From NCBI GenBank assembly GCA_965644295.1, contig CBFFRP010000147.1:82631-146630 (forward strand): DNA of 64,000 nt. The letters run 5' to 3'. The position numbers and the translations under genes were made by a program. Every line of letters begins with the position of its first letter. The stretch's first letter is position 1. The notes below the pieces were generated by a model, which worked only from the letters and a program-made list of their open reading frames with translations, was not told where the DNA came from and made no database searches. Shown piece after piece: positions 1 through 17,726 of the stretch. This stretch comes from Paraphysomonas bandaiensis. Its lineage: Eukaryota > Protista > Chrysophyceae.

Positions 1-1623
1 GAATCCATGGCAATGTCGTAGCAGTATTGAGTCACAGTCACAAGTTTGCTTACTATTCTGAACACTGATACTACTGTCGCATATCTTAATGGGCTACAGA
101 GGCGACAGAGATGCCCCCCTATTCAGGCCGTGCTCTAGTATTCTATAGGATCCCACGATAGCGTTCGACTAATACAAGGACGAACACAGGAGCATCGGTT
201 ACGAAAGGTGGGTTACGTTCCGTCATATCGAAATCCGATCTGTGCTATCCTTATATTGACCAAATTCTAGTGGACACACTAACCACACTCCACACTCAAC
301 TAAATTGAAATATAACCTCATAAAGTAATGTAATGATGTTGATCTTAAACGAACTGAACTTTTCTATTTCAGCCTCTTTCATGCTCTTCCTACCTTATAC
401 AAATGATGTGGTCCTATAGTATTCATAATAAGAAACTTTATTACGTTAGCACCTGTAGCAAGTAAATCAGTCACCAATCTATCTTTTCTCAGTACCTTTT
501 CATTCTGTTTGTCACTCTCAGAGCTGGGGTGTGGTTGCTATGTAAGTATTCAAATACAATGTAACTTCTGGTACAACACCTTGTCTCGGACATAAATGCG
601 CCTGAAAACTGCCGATAATCAATTTGTAACAAGTAGCAGTCTTTAATAATTCGTACAATTTACAATGGTAAATTGTAAATTGTACGAATGGTGCTCCTAT
701 CCATAGCAACAAGTATAGCTGTATAATTCTATGTTACCTACTGTCCTACTGTTTTTCATTTTGAAAGTCAACTTCACTCTCCAGATGAATGGCCATTTTC
801 TCTTGTATAGTAGTGAAGAGAGATGGAAAATTCTAAAACGGTCCTTATACTCAACTGGAAATATATGGGAGATGTACTTCTTCACAGCTTCCCGCCAAAG
901 AAATGCAAAGAGAATGTCACAAACTTGATTTATGACCTTGAGAGGCGAGTCGACTTATTTCTGCCTAAGAGACCGTCACGTTAATACTCCAAATATATCA
1001 TCTGCATCATCAAACACCGATCAATTTAACTTTTCTTGTTCTATATCGTATAGAGATCTGGAGCCCTCCTTGCTCCTTTATTATATAGATATAATTACAT
1101 AAACACTTCACTGGCTCCTATTGCTATAATATGTGTGAAGTAAGTATTAGTATTCACTTGTGATGATTGAAGAATATAAAAATCGTTCTGATATCTTACA
1201 ATTGAAGCTCTTTCTGAGCTGCATAAATTTATTTGTAATTGAACTATATGGCTAGGCCTGAAATGTAAATGAACTGGATGGGTTCTAGGATATGTATGTG
1301 CTGTTTGTTGCGTTTAATGTTAGATTCGTTTCGTGTATGTTATTTGGGTTGGTAATGACAGACATAGAAGAGTGTGACATGAATTACGTGAAAACAGAAA
1401 GGTGACTCCTTCTAATTCTATTCGTTCAGTAGAAGTTATTATTTGTTTACAAAATTAAATATCTAACAATGATACAGGATTAGAACTAGTATGCTGATAA
1501 TGTGCATATTTAATTTATGCATGGTTTACTTCTTAATTGTGTTGCCTACAACAACACTGTTTACAGTCTGATTCTATAGACATAGTATATATTGATACAT
1601 AACTCACGAAGTCGTCGGTTCAT

Positions 1624-2413
1624 TAGGGATGCGTATCCGGCTGTAGTCTATTATTAATACAATTAGTTTACAATTATTACTTTCTGTCTCAATTACGATT
1701 ATTGCAATTAACTGCAATTAATTAGTACTGAAATACACTAGCTGCCAATATAGCTACCTCAATTGTCATTTCATTCCAGAGTCGACGGTTCATGCGTAAA
1801 AACATAAGTAATACTCTTGCGCATATCAGTCATAACAATCTTGATTCTACTGAACAACCTTCCAATCCTAGTGGTTGTGGCACCCAAGTGCTTCATCAGC
1901 TGTAAATAGTTTGCTCATTAAGACGTGCTCGCTTAAGTTGCCTGCTACCATCAACCTAGCGTTTCGCTGCATCATCATTCTGAACTAGACTCTCACTGTC
2001 ATTATCTTCTTCATCCTCATAGAGCAAAATTGTATTAATTTTAATGTTCCTTACTGCACGTCAACTCATCAACAATCAAACCAGAATGCATTGGAAGCAT
2101 TGCAATCTCAAAGAACACTCGTGTGTTGACTTCTAGCACCAGCTTTCGCTCATATCGCCAATTATTTAAATGAATTATTATGTATATTCTCCGATGGATA
2201 TTATAGGTTTTTATTAATCTTCGATTTTATCTTGATAATTGAATTTTCGCAATAAAAATGCCGTTTTTTATCAACTTTTCAGAATAAAAGGTGATGTTTT
2301 TATATCAATAAATTGACGCTAGCTGGAGTCACTTATATTTGCAGCTTTGATTTGATGTCCAATTTCAATCATTGCAATTTCAATAATTGACTAGTTATTG
2401 GTACGCAGCTCTG
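1624..2413 (-). mobile_element. Non-autonomous, internally deleted hAT DNA transposon (790 bp)
   Basis: Perfect 8-bp TSD CGGTTCAT at 1616-1623 and 2414-2421. Imperfect TIRs TAGGGATGCGTATC / CAGAGCTGCGTACC (reverse complement). 1624-2015 is homologous to 36980-37383, which encodes a decayed hAT C-terminal dimerisation domain. Confidence 0.88.
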
Positions 2414-2859
2414 CGGTTCATCAGTTATCATAGGCTACAATATTTCGAATATTCACACATACAATGACAAAATTTAGTCAACACACATCATTCAACAGAG
2501 CTAAGTGTCAATTTATATATAAAGTATACTCTAAAACAAATAGTTATAAAAAGATTTTACTTGTATATGTAAGAATACAAATATTATAAGTGGAAAAAAT
2601 ATGTACACTGCATAGAGGATCACGGCAAACTGAATATATGTACTGATTCTTTCGTTGCCCTTTTAATCTGGCCTTATTTGATTTTACTTAACCAAAAAGT
2701 ATGATATCTTCACTGGCTCACTCAATATATTACCGGTGTAAAATAATGCATACTCTTTATCCTTAATATTATACTATTCACATATCAGACATAGTAAAAA
2801 CTTCAAACATTTTCTAAAACAATTTCTCTGTTCTCTACGTTCTAGTGACTTCAACTCTG

Positions 2860-3460
2860 CTAATGCCCCCCAATCCCTGATGACAACGACGACAGTATAC
2901 CAGCAGCATTAAATCCTTTGGCCTCCTGCGAACTAGGTGCACCATGCCTTGCAGCTGCGCTGTGTAATTTATTCTGCTCATTTATGGCCGTTATGATGTG
3001 ATTCAAATTCGTCTCCAGGACCATTCCGCCCATTATTATCTCGTCTATTATGTAGTGTACCTTATCAGAGTGGAATATGAGATCGAGCTCACACACGCTC
3101 TCAAAACATTGATCTAACGCCTCCACGAACACTTGTATCAGGTCTAGTATTCCTAGATCAGACTCTTGCTGATCTACAGCGAATATGAAGTACAGAGTTG
3201 CATAGTGACGGTATATTATCTTGGTGGTATCTCCCAACTCAGGTACACACCCTTCAAGATAGTTACAGAATGATTCCGATCGTTGTGCTACTTGTTGAAA
3301 TATTTTTCTAATAACAGCCTGTTGCTGATCTTCATCCATCTGATAATACACAGTGCAGTTAACGCCTAGCAGACACATACATAACTCATACCAGAGCCTG
3401 GTAGAACTTAACCAGTCTAGGCTTGCCGTGATTGTTCACTATCAAGATACCTTTAATCAT
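2860..3460 (-). CDS. AP3S: AP-3 adaptor complex sigma subunit (2 exons)
   Basis: Exon 1 MIKGILIVNNHGKPRLVKFYQ, GT-AG intron, then IIYRHYATLYF...ESDLGILDLIQVFVEALDQCFESVCELDLIFH, diagnostic of clathrin adaptor small chain sigma-3. Confidence 0.93.
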
Positions 3461-4010
3461 TACTTCAGAGTGATCGAGTTACTACTCTCGTTCAACTACT
3501 AAGTGTGTCTCACAGACCAGCAGAGCACCACTTAATGCCTGCTCTCCCACTGCTACATACATACATACGTACATATACATCCATGCATATACTGTATGTA
3601 CACTGTACACCTGAGCCTACAGCAGAGTACACTGGGCTCTTAATACAGTGTGAATACAGCCAATAATACAGTCGTCAGAACTTGATTTGGATCTATGGAA
3701 CTCTCTGTAGGGCTGTGTATACCTATAGAAGCCTGTCAGAATCCTCTGCAACTCTACGTATATGTCCATACATAATTGCAGCAGAGTTGTGTATACCACT
3801 CTAGCACTGTGTGCCGAGGCAGACCTACACCTACATGCATCGATATACGTACATATACATCCATATACATCCATATACATCCATATACATACATATACAG
3901 TGCATAGGTATGATAGCTGCAGTCTTCTGCCTCATATATATGCACAGCACTGATAGGAGATACACTCTACACCCCACTCTCCTGCTGCAGCTCAAAACAC
4001 TTCAATCCCC

Positions 4011-7864
<3,854 letters not shown>

Positions 7865-8565
7865 ACGATGGCTTGTGTTTCACGTGAACTTATGTGTGAG
7901 TCGACTGTGTGTTTTGATAACAACCTTAGTTATTGAGGCTCGATGTAGTCATTCTTGATCTAGTAGTTTCTTAACCTGTTTATGACTGACATAATGAGTA
8001 AATAATTGCGACGGAAAGAAAGCAGGAGTGATGACATTTTCATGTTTATCACGGTTGCAGATACTTGAAGAAAAACGCGTATAATGACATAGGAATAGGC
8101 AGAACCAATGAAACAATGTTTCATGACAAGCAGGGGACGATAACAATATATAAAAAATATGTTGTAATATATTGACGAGCGTTTGACTACCATCTAGCAT
8201 AAGTTGACAATGGAGAAGTAAGAAGTAATCAATACGAGGTTGAGAGGGCCAAATGCTGCAGCGTACACAATAGCGATAATTGAAGCTGATTTACTTTCGG
8301 AAACTCCACCTGAGAGTTTTTTGTATTGTTTTCTTAAAGTTATTGAACTACTAGACACTGTGAAATTTGCTGAGCAGCAATGAAGACATTATTCAGGATA
8401 ATCGTTCATTATTTACTCTTACTATGTGAATGCTACTTGTTTGATAAGATAGATACCGTATTCTTCCACAATATTCAACATTCCGTACTTAAATACGTAA
8501 AACGTCCGACATAACGATAACACAGATAACCACAATAACATGCGAGTAATTAATACCTTGCTTGG

Positions 8566-9520
8566 TTATCTATGTGATGCCGGGCGGATGATCTTGAAGG
8601 AACACACTAAATCAGTTTTCACAATCATCATAGCGCCAGCGTTGTCAAACTCCCCACAGTAATTAGGTGCAGAAAATATAGTAACGAGCTGACGGTCAGC
8701 CTGAAACTCGTACCCATCTTCCACAACTTGATGAGCTCGACATATTAAATCAAGATTATGTCTTCCAAGAAAATCCGCGATAACATCATGGCCAAATGTA
8801 TAAGAAACCCCCCTGCCAGCCACTTAACAATCAAAAATATCACGAAAATAGCCATATCACTAACCTGGCGTTATATCCCCATCCCATAACACTAGGATCA
8901 GGATCTGCCCACAGCAAGTCGCAGAGTAGGCCTTCATCTGGCACATCAGTTGGACGCGGGATATCAAATATTTGACTCAAGTGGTCTAAGTCTGGTGAAA
9001 GACCACCATGCATGCATAAAATTTTATCTTCGACAACAGCCGCAATAGGCATACAGTTAAAAGCATCCGCAAATACTCTCCAAAGCTTAACAGAATATCG
9101 CCTTTTACACTCATCATAAAATCCATATATTCTATTGAGTGAAGCGCACTCATGATTCCCACGCAATAGAAAGAAAGACTCCGGATACTTTATTTTATAA
9201 CACATTACAAGAGTAATGACCTCAATGCTCTGTTTGGCACGATCCACATAATCACCTAAGAACAAATAATTTGAATCTGGAGGAAATCCGCCAATTTCAA
9301 AGAGACGAAGCAGGTCTGAATACTGTCCGTGTGTGTCTCCGCATATGTTAACAGGTGCATTGACCTCTAGTAGCATCGGCTGTAATAGGAATATATCTCT
9401 GGCTGCACGGACTATCTTAGTAATGACATCTTCAGGTAATGAGACCTCTGTTCCCGGCAGATCATCGATCACAGACAACAGCTGCGTGATAGCCGCATCA
9501 ATATCTACGCTGTGCGACAT
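8566..9520 (-). CDS. PP1: Serine/threonine protein phosphatase 1 catalytic subunit (2 exons)
   Basis: [56 protein letters not shown]. Start taken at MSHSVDID. Confidence 0.95.
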
Positions 9521-9815
9521 CACGGGGTGGGATAGGCTCCTTCTAGCAGGAGAAGATGAGATTAATGACTGGCTATTAGAGGGGAGTGAAGTATGACTGT
9601 GATGTGTGATGAGGAGGTGGGTATATACATACAATTCATGTGTGTCAGTTTATACATACATATACACTACTGCTGTACATACACACCTACAGTACGTACA
9701 AATTATTATGCTGCACTTGCATATGTATATACACGTATACATACATACTATACCCTGGTCGTAGTAACTGCTATATACGATGGAATACTGTGTACTTGAA
9801 TACGTATGATGTTTG

Positions 9816-9846
<31 letters not shown>

Positions 9847-10115
9847 GTATGTATACTCGGTGTGTGTATGGTATGATACCACTATCTGTATCTCACGTAT
9901 CAGCATCCTTCGTATATTTTTGTTCCTAGATGCCTCTAATATTGAGACAACAATTATCTGTATTCCAGCCGTAGTTGTATATCAGTAATATAGAGTATAT
10001 TTGATTCAATTTATTCCCGAAAACTAAGATGCTGACTGCCGATTCGCAGTGTGTAGGTGGGTATGTGGTATCATATATAGTCCTTCTCACCATATCAAAC
10101 CACACATTCGACCCG

Positions 10116-12826
10116 ATGCTATTTCCCGGCACATCATTCCCTGTATGGGTCTGTATCTCAGCGCTATCGTTACTCGTAGTCTGCGTATGGTCCTTTTATC
10201 GTGTCATGGTATCAAACAGACGATCTCGTATACTGAGAGAGCGCATGAGGAATAAGAGGAAAGAGAGAGACGAGAAGACTCATTCCTCTCTCTCTGAGCC
10301 CTCTGTGGATCCCCCTGTAATGATTGATGCCGTTCAGCTTATAGAGGAGTTGACTGCAGGCACACGTACATACTCATCTGTTATGCTCAGCTGCATACGA
10401 CGCTCTCATGATATCGGGAAGCTTAAGTTAAACGCAGTAACAGAAGAGCTATATGATGAGGGATATGAATGTGCTAAAAGTCTTGATGCATTGCGTAGAA
10501 GTCGCACGAAATGGGCGGTTGTTGCTGACAAACCACTGCTCGGTGTTCCGATTTCAATCAAGGACTGCTTCGCCCAACGAGGCACAGACTGTACACTAGG
10601 TATAGCGGCACGATGTTTCATGCACCACGAGGAGGATGGATTACTTGTGAAGCTACTGAGAGATGCAGGCGCAATCCCATTCGTCAGGTGGATAACTGTT
10701 TATGACAACTTGTTATACGGCTCTTTCTAATATGTGATCTTATTCTTATCTATCCGCTGCTAGGTCAAATGTTCCTCAGCTATTAATGATGCCAGAAAGC
10801 GACAACTGTGTTTGGGGAGCTAGCAATAATCCTTACGACGTATTTCGCACAACTGGGGGATCATCGGGAGGAGAAGGTGCATTAATAGCGTCTGGGTGTT
10901 CAGCGATGGGACTTGGATCTGATATTGGTAAGGCGATTACTATTATATATGCCTATTTGGGTAGCTGTATTCGTTCCATCCAGCACATCATACCAATATA
11001 ATCACGGTTTAATATATAGGGGGCTCCATACGCATACCCGCACACTATTGTGGAATTGTCGGTTTCAAACCCACTCCAGCTCTATTAACGAAGAATGGTG
11101 CGGCTTCCAATAGGTTTCGTAACCGAAATGGACAGATTGCGGTGGTGCCTACGGCTGGACCTATGGCGAGGAGCGTGCGAGATTGTGCGGCAATGATGTC
11201 CGTTCTGTGTTCGGCAGAAGCTAGGTGGGAGGGCAGCGTATCTGTTTGACCTTGTAATAATTGTGTTGCAGGAAAGAAGACATGACAGTCCCTCCTGTGC
11301 TGTGGCGCTCTGATGTAGTGGAGAATGGGCGGCCAATGTGGTCTGTTTCTCCCACAGAAACGATTGCTGAACCACAGTGTCTCAAAATTGCCGTTATGAC
11401 TACAGATCACTGGTGTGTACTGCAGACTGCCATTCACTTTTCATGCCACAGTTTTCCTTGCACCTATATTTATAATTTATCTGAATAGGTTTGAGCCGGT
11501 ACCAGCGTGCAAGCGAGCTGTTGATGTTGCAGTCGAAGCACTCAGATCTATGGTACGCGTAGTGCATATATAGATGCCTATGAATCCATTGCTAATGTAT
11601 TTATTTTTGATAGGGCCATACCGTTGTTTCATTTGAGCCCCCCTGTGACGGATGGAAAGTTGTGTCAACATACATTAAACTAATGAGCGCTGATGGCAAC
11701 TGGTAGGTGACGTGCATGTATATAGCTATTTTTTCGTTGAACACCTACATACTCTAACATTGATTTCATATACAGGTACTCGTTTATTCGGTAGGCCACG
11801 TGAAAGCTGTGCGCATGCTGTAACCATATATGTTTTGCAGAGCTTTGGAGGGTGAAGAGCTTAGTGACTCCTATCGCAAGCTACAGATATTCACTGAAAT
11901 CCCTAATTTCTTGCGCCCCATGATCATTAGCGCGCTTAATATGATGGGAGAGTCTCGTAAGGCCATGCTTTTAGAGATTACAAAGTCAGGTTTGTTCAGT
12001 GCGTACTGGGAAACCACGCGTGTTGATTATTATATCAATTTTCTCAGGTGGTTTGGATGTAAGAGAGTATTGGGAAGCCGTGGCAGACATGAAAGAAATT
12101 CAAGAGGTATTGTAGCTTTATATATCGTGGGTACGTTGATGATAATTCATTTTAGGCTTATGGCAAGGCTTTCAAGGCCAACGAATACGATGCAATGATT
12201 CTTCCCGCTCTTGGCATTACAGCTCCTCCCCATGGAATGGCGAGTTGTGACATGTAGTGCAAATATAATCTCATGTCCATGTTTTATTTGACAGGCAGCA
12301 GAGCTTTTGAGCGCACTGAGCTACACTTTTCTTGGAAATTTGTTGCACTGGCCTGGGGGTGTCGTTCCTGTTACTACGGTACTACATAGTATACTGTACT
12401 ATGCATATACTGTCATGGGATACATTGATACGTTAGGTTGCATGTTGCACTTGTGTGTGGTAGCTATATTACAGTGTTTGGCTATATTTAGGTAGAAGAC
12501 TCTGAGGACACATATGATATGAATTCTCTTCCCGTAAATCAGCGTGATTCTATCAGTAAGGTAGGTACTGTTTCATTAACTCTGCTGATGATTTTGATAT
12601 GTGGCATACGCAGCTAACTGCGACTGCAACTAAGGGATCCGTCGGATTGCCTGTTGGGGTTCAGGTGGGCTGGTTTCTTTGATATATGGTATAACTATTG
12701 TACTTACGACACGGAAACTTTCATTAGGTCATGACTCCAATGTGGGAAGATGAAAACTGTCTGTTCGTGATGGCGGAGATTGAGAGGGCTGTTGAGTTCA
12801 ACACTCTGCCACCCGACTGTGACTAG
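10116..12826 (+). CDS. Amidase-signature enzyme (FAAH-like) with N-terminal TM helix, many exons
   Basis: LLGVPISIKD (catalytic Lys), GGSSGGEGALI, GSDIG|GSIRIPAHYCGIVGFKPT, GLPVGVQ. Start could alternatively be 10029. Confidence 0.9.
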
Positions 12827-13654
12827 AGTGGCCGTTAAGTAAACGATCGTCATTGTAGGACTTATTTTGAAGCACACTGCCTGTGTGGAATGCAGATAGT
12901 GTATGAATTGTGATATTGTCGCTGAAATTTTGTCTACGAGCGGCGCTAATATTTGAAATAAAATAATTGATACAACTTTCTCACGCTATAACACATGAGA
13001 TTATGTATACTACCCTTTGGGTATGCAGTTGTATCAGACAGCAGCAGTTACGGAGTAATGCGATCGAATATATTGGTGCTGTAGTGAAGTGCTAATCTGT
13101 TAAGGACTAGCCTCCATAAGCAACGCCTATATCACATGTATGCATCATGCATCATCCAGCCATATTTACCAGGGATCTTAGGGGGCCATGCTGCCCCTCA
13201 CTTAACAAAGGTGTCCGTTTCATTATATCGGACACCAGCGGACGGTGCACGGTACATTCAAAATTCTAGCTTATCCTGATGCTTTGCAGGTACCAAATTC
13301 ATTAACATCAAATGATATTCAGTTGGCGGAACTGCTGTGGTGTGGCTATGTGCTGTGCGTTGCCGTGTTGCCTACAAGGTTCATATATCTATATTTTCCT
13401 GGGGTACTCTCCTGAATCACAAGTAGATAATAAAAAACAATGGGGATAAGTTTATAAAATTATTTATAATTTTATAATGCCATGTACATTTCCCACCACT
13501 ATTTAGCTAGATTTTATTCGAACAGTTGTATTTCAGTGGCTAACAATCAAGTAAACACTTTACTTGCACTCATGTTGAATAGTATATTCTATTCACGTTG
13601 TAATAGATATAGATCAACATAATTCATTCCATACTGTTTTCGTTAGCAAGAAAA

Positions 13655-14644
13655 CTATAATGCAGATTCACATGATGCATATATATCTTCAAATCGTTTC
13701 TGGTTGTCGGCAGCGCATTGACATCTGTGTGATAAATTAGGAAACAGCACCGATACTGCAGCCCAGAGGGGAATCACAACATGTTTGATAAATGAGGCCT
13801 GGGATTTCGACATAGTAGCTCGGTCTTCCATTCCTGTCATATACGATGTAACAGGAAGACCTGCCCCCTTTTCATCGTGAACCTGTTTTGTAAACTCGGC
13901 ACAAATCCGATTTCCCCATTGAGTAGACAATTGCTCGCCCATGACCTGTCCACCTAGATCAGCTGCATGCATGAGATTGCCTAACAGTCGCTGCCGACTG
14001 TCATTATGAGACAAAAAATAATCGCTCAAAGAATCACTGAAATTACGATCAGTGTTGCCAGTCTCAGTAGTTTCAATAACTTTCTGAGGCCATGACTCTA
14101 AGTCTGCAACATGCTGAACATGTAATGCGGCATCAGTAGCGATAATTGCTCGAGTAATGGCAAGTCGCAGAGCTTTCTGTTCGTCGACAGGTAAGTGTTC
14201 AAAAATATTATTCTTGTCAAGTAAGCAGTGAAATGTGGAGGCATGGTGTCGTTCCAGCACAGAGTCATCACCGTGTGAGAGGGCCAACTCAGACCGCATT
14301 GCAACTTCAAAATCATTATTATGTCCAGGATGATCCACATCATGACAGTAAGCTGCAAGTAAAAACACGAGTTTGTCTTGTATTGTAAAGCACTTGTCAG
14401 CACCACTTCTGAGTATCTGATAGGCGACCTGCATAACTGACCACCCGTGCTTGAAGTTATGGAATGAGTTGTCTCTGTAGAGCTCTCTGACACTGCACAT
14501 GAAGACTCTGAGCATGTTTGGGTCGATTGAGAACTCTCTGATGAGATCGTATGTGTGTAGCATCTCTTCAGTGTATCTGTAGAGTGTATCATCATCTGTA
14601 GTGAAGGGATCGATATCCCAACTATCCACACTCATATCAGCAAT
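13655..14644 (-). CDS. Class I 3',5'-cyclic nucleotide phosphodiesterase catalytic domain (possibly the last exon of a longer gene)
   Basis: FHNFKH, CHDVDHPGHNN, SVLERHH, IATD, HAADL, EFTKQ and invariant Gln in SQASFI. A possible TAG acceptor just upstream suggests further 5' exons at about 14730-14880. Confidence 0.88.
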   Translation of the reverse strand: MADMSVDSWDIDPFTTDDDTLYRYTEEMLHTYDLIREFSIDPNMLRVFMCSVRELYRDNSFHNFKHGWSVMQVAYQILRSGADKCFTIQDKLVFLLAAYCHDVDHPGHNNDFEVAMRSELALSHGDDSVLERHHASTFHCLLDKNNIFEHLPVDEQKALRLAITRAIIATDAALHVQHVADLESWPQKVIETTETGNTDRNFSDSLSDYFLSHNDSRQRLLGNLMHAADLGGQVMGEQLSTQWGNRICAEFTKQVHDEKGAGLPVTSYMTGMEDRATMSKSQASFIKHVVIPLWAAVSVLFPNLSHRCQCAADNQKRFEDIYASCESAL

Positions 14645-15652
14645 CTATCACGGGTATGTTGATGATGTAGCTTTAGATGATACTCATCGCATCATATAGT
14701 CGTATATGTGCACTGCAATGCAACTGTGTGTTACGTCGATTGAACTACTAGCACCCGTACCGCCAAGTGTTCCCTCAAGATCCGGCCCATCGGCGATACT
14801 TCCAGACTCCGTGACATACGTATTGCAGAGTCTGCATCTTATTTTTCGGAAATAGATTGATGCAAATATACTCTATATAACTGCAGTACAACTACGGCTA
14901 GAATACAGAGAATTGTTGTCTCAATATTTGAGGCATCTTTGAACAAAAATATTCAAAGGATGCCGATATGTCCTCAGCCCAGAAAAACGAGAAAAACGGT
15001 AAGAGGTATGCGGTTTACCCCAATAATGGAGCTCTAACTGTGCTGTGTGCAAGAGACACATTGAAAGATAGCAACAATTACAAGACAATATAGACATAAG
15101 ACAGCTATATAACAACCATTTAAAGGTAATATCTACATTAGATATGCTATTGTACATTCAGTATACAGTGTATGAGAATAGAAAATCAGTTGATATGTTG
15201 ATGTCATGCACTCGTACTGTGTCGACATGTACATATATAGCACGTACGTACATACAGGCTTACTTAAACGCCTAGATATGTTTTAGTGGGAAAAGTGGTA
15301 TACTAGCTTCTAGTAAAGGAAGGTCTACATGCATTTGATGGTTTACTGTTTATTTCTAATAATATGAGGACTTCAACTCTGCATGGACACCATAGCACCA
15401 AGCATAATGGCAATAAGTTCCATATCAGCTTGTATTAACATTTAGTCTAATCACTAGGTACCTTCTGTCGTTAGTATATTTTCTTCCATCTTATTAAGAA
15501 GCAACCGCGCAGTAAACGTATCGACCTTAAATTATCTATATTCTATGCATTTGAAGCATTAATTACTCAACACTTTAAACAATAACCTGTGTACATATGC
15601 ATCTAACCACGTCATGATAATAACATAGCCACAGATTATACAAATCGAGGTA

Positions 15653-17387
15653 TTATATGTTGTACAAAGCACGGTACTTTGTATTCAAGTACGAGGTAAA
15701 GCACTTAGGATCCATCGGTTTGCCAGTGACGTGCTGTAGGAGATCATCGGGTGAGGAGTAAAGAGATCCTACGCTATGGATATTCTTTCTCAGATACTCT
15801 CTGATTTCTGTAAACTCTCCCCGCCTAACTTTTCCCCTCATATCAGGTATGTCACGCAACGCGGTCTCATATATCTGAGCAGCAATTATCGCACCCAGAG
15901 TATAACTGGGGAAATAGCCAAAGGCCCCAAAGCTCCAATGTACATCTTGTAGTACACCAGATTTGTTGTCTGGTACCTCGACAGACAAGGAACTCTTCAT
16001 CATAGCGATCCACTTTTCCGGAAGAGATTCCAAAGAAATAGAGTTCGAAAATATATCTTTCTCTAGGTCGAATCGCAGCATGATGTGCATAGGGTAGGTG
16101 ACTTCGTCTGCGTCCACTCTAATTAAGCTAGGTCTTACCTGGTTGACAAACTCATAAAAATCCTGCGCAGTGCAGTGCTTAGTATGTGGAAAATGCTTAT
16201 GTACTAGTGGTGTCGCCCAGATCCAAAAGTCCAGAGACTGGAAAATCATGCGCTCCCAAAAAAGGCTCTGCGACTCGTGCACGCCCATACAGAGAGCTCG
16301 ACTGACTGGCAAGTCGTTATAGGTGCTGTTCCTACCTTGCTCGTATAAACCATGTCCAACCTCATGTACAGTGCCGGCAATTCCCTCCAACCAATTCTCA
16401 GTCGAGTATCTCGTTGTGATGCGAACATCAGTTGGGTGGGGCCCACCTATACAAAGTTACTCATCGCAGAATTCTATCATATTTTCTGGCACCTGTGAAG
16501 GGGTGAACGCTGACATCAAATCTGCCTTTAGTAAAGTCAAACCCTATAGCTTCTGCTATCTCTCTGCAGAGCTCACGCTGCTTGTCAACATCCCACATGT
16601 CACCACCCCTAAGTGCATAGGGAGGACTGTAGTTCGCCAAAGCATCGGACTTGAGGATATCCGATACCAACGGTTGCAAGTCCTGTTTCAGAAACTGAAA
16701 CACTTCATCAATGCGAGCAGATTTCATCCCTCGCTCATAGTCGTCAATCTGTGCGTCGTACGACGATAGGTGAGGTTTGGTGGCTTGAGCAACTTCTTTC
16801 TTTAATTCCACCATCTCCTGTAGAACAGGACGAAAGCTATCCCAGTCGTTATTACTTCTCGCACTCACCCATGCCGCGTATCCTTTCCCTTCCAACTCTG
16901 CAATCCGCATCGCCATTGACTTCGTCCTGTTCTTCTGCACGGTATAGTCTCTCCATGCATCGCGGACGATGGCTTTGTCGTATTCATTCACATCATTGTC
17001 ATCTTCCAATTTATCCAATAAATACTTAATATCAATCCCAAGCTGCGCATCAGTCTTTTTCTCATACAAAACACCGGCAAGAGCCGCCTTTTGATCATTT
17101 CTCGCCGTAGCTGAGTTCGAAGGCATCATTACAGCTTCATCCCTGCACAGATATCAGTTATACCTATCTCAACATGCCATTAGAGACCATGAAAGCAAAG
17201 CAGATATGCCCTCCAGGCGTTCAATCTCAGACAGACGGCTCTTAACGCTATCGTATACACCGCTGAACATGGTCTGATCGGAGGCCCGGCTGTCGCATAT
17301 AGAGGAGGAATGCAGAGAGCACAGAGGAGATGAGAGAGAGGCTGCGACTGGAAGAAATACAGACGTTCTTGTTAGTAGAGCCTTCAT
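15653..17387 (-). CDS. M32 metallocarboxypeptidase (carboxypeptidase Taq family), 3 exons
   Basis: LSW|DEAVMMP, GRFDVSVHPFT, HEVGH (HExxH), HESQS, IRVDADEVTY, GVLQDVHW, GYFPSYTLG. Confidence 0.93.
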
Positions 17388-17483
17388 TCTAACTGAAATT
17401 GCAATCATACAATAAACACAACTGTACACTATACTCTATTTAACATAAACAAACTCCCCCTCAAATATCCACACCAGCATGAG

Positions 17484-17721
17484 ATGTATGTATGTATGTA
17501 TGTATGTATGTATGTATGTATGTATGTATGTATGTATGTATGTATGTATGTATGTATGTATGTATGTATGTATGTATGTATGTATGTATGTATGTATGTA
17601 TGTATGTATGTATGTATGTATGTATGTATGTATGTATGTATGTATGTATGTATGTATGTATGTATGTATGTATGTATGTATGTATGTATGTATGTATGTA
17701 TGTATGTATGTATGTATGTAT
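17484..17721. repeat. (TATG)n microsatellite, about 59 units
   Basis: Perfect tetranucleotide run, grading into TAGG at the transposon insertion site. Confidence 0.98.
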
Positions 17722-17726
17722 AGGTA

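Noticed and set aside
1-1600. Short ORFs and possible decayed coding sequence
   Set aside because: No recognisable motifs or coherent splice structure.
13170-13240. Two small hairpins (GGGGC/GCCCC; GGTGTCCG/CGGACACC)
   Set aside because: Too short to distinguish from chance or tiny TE relics.
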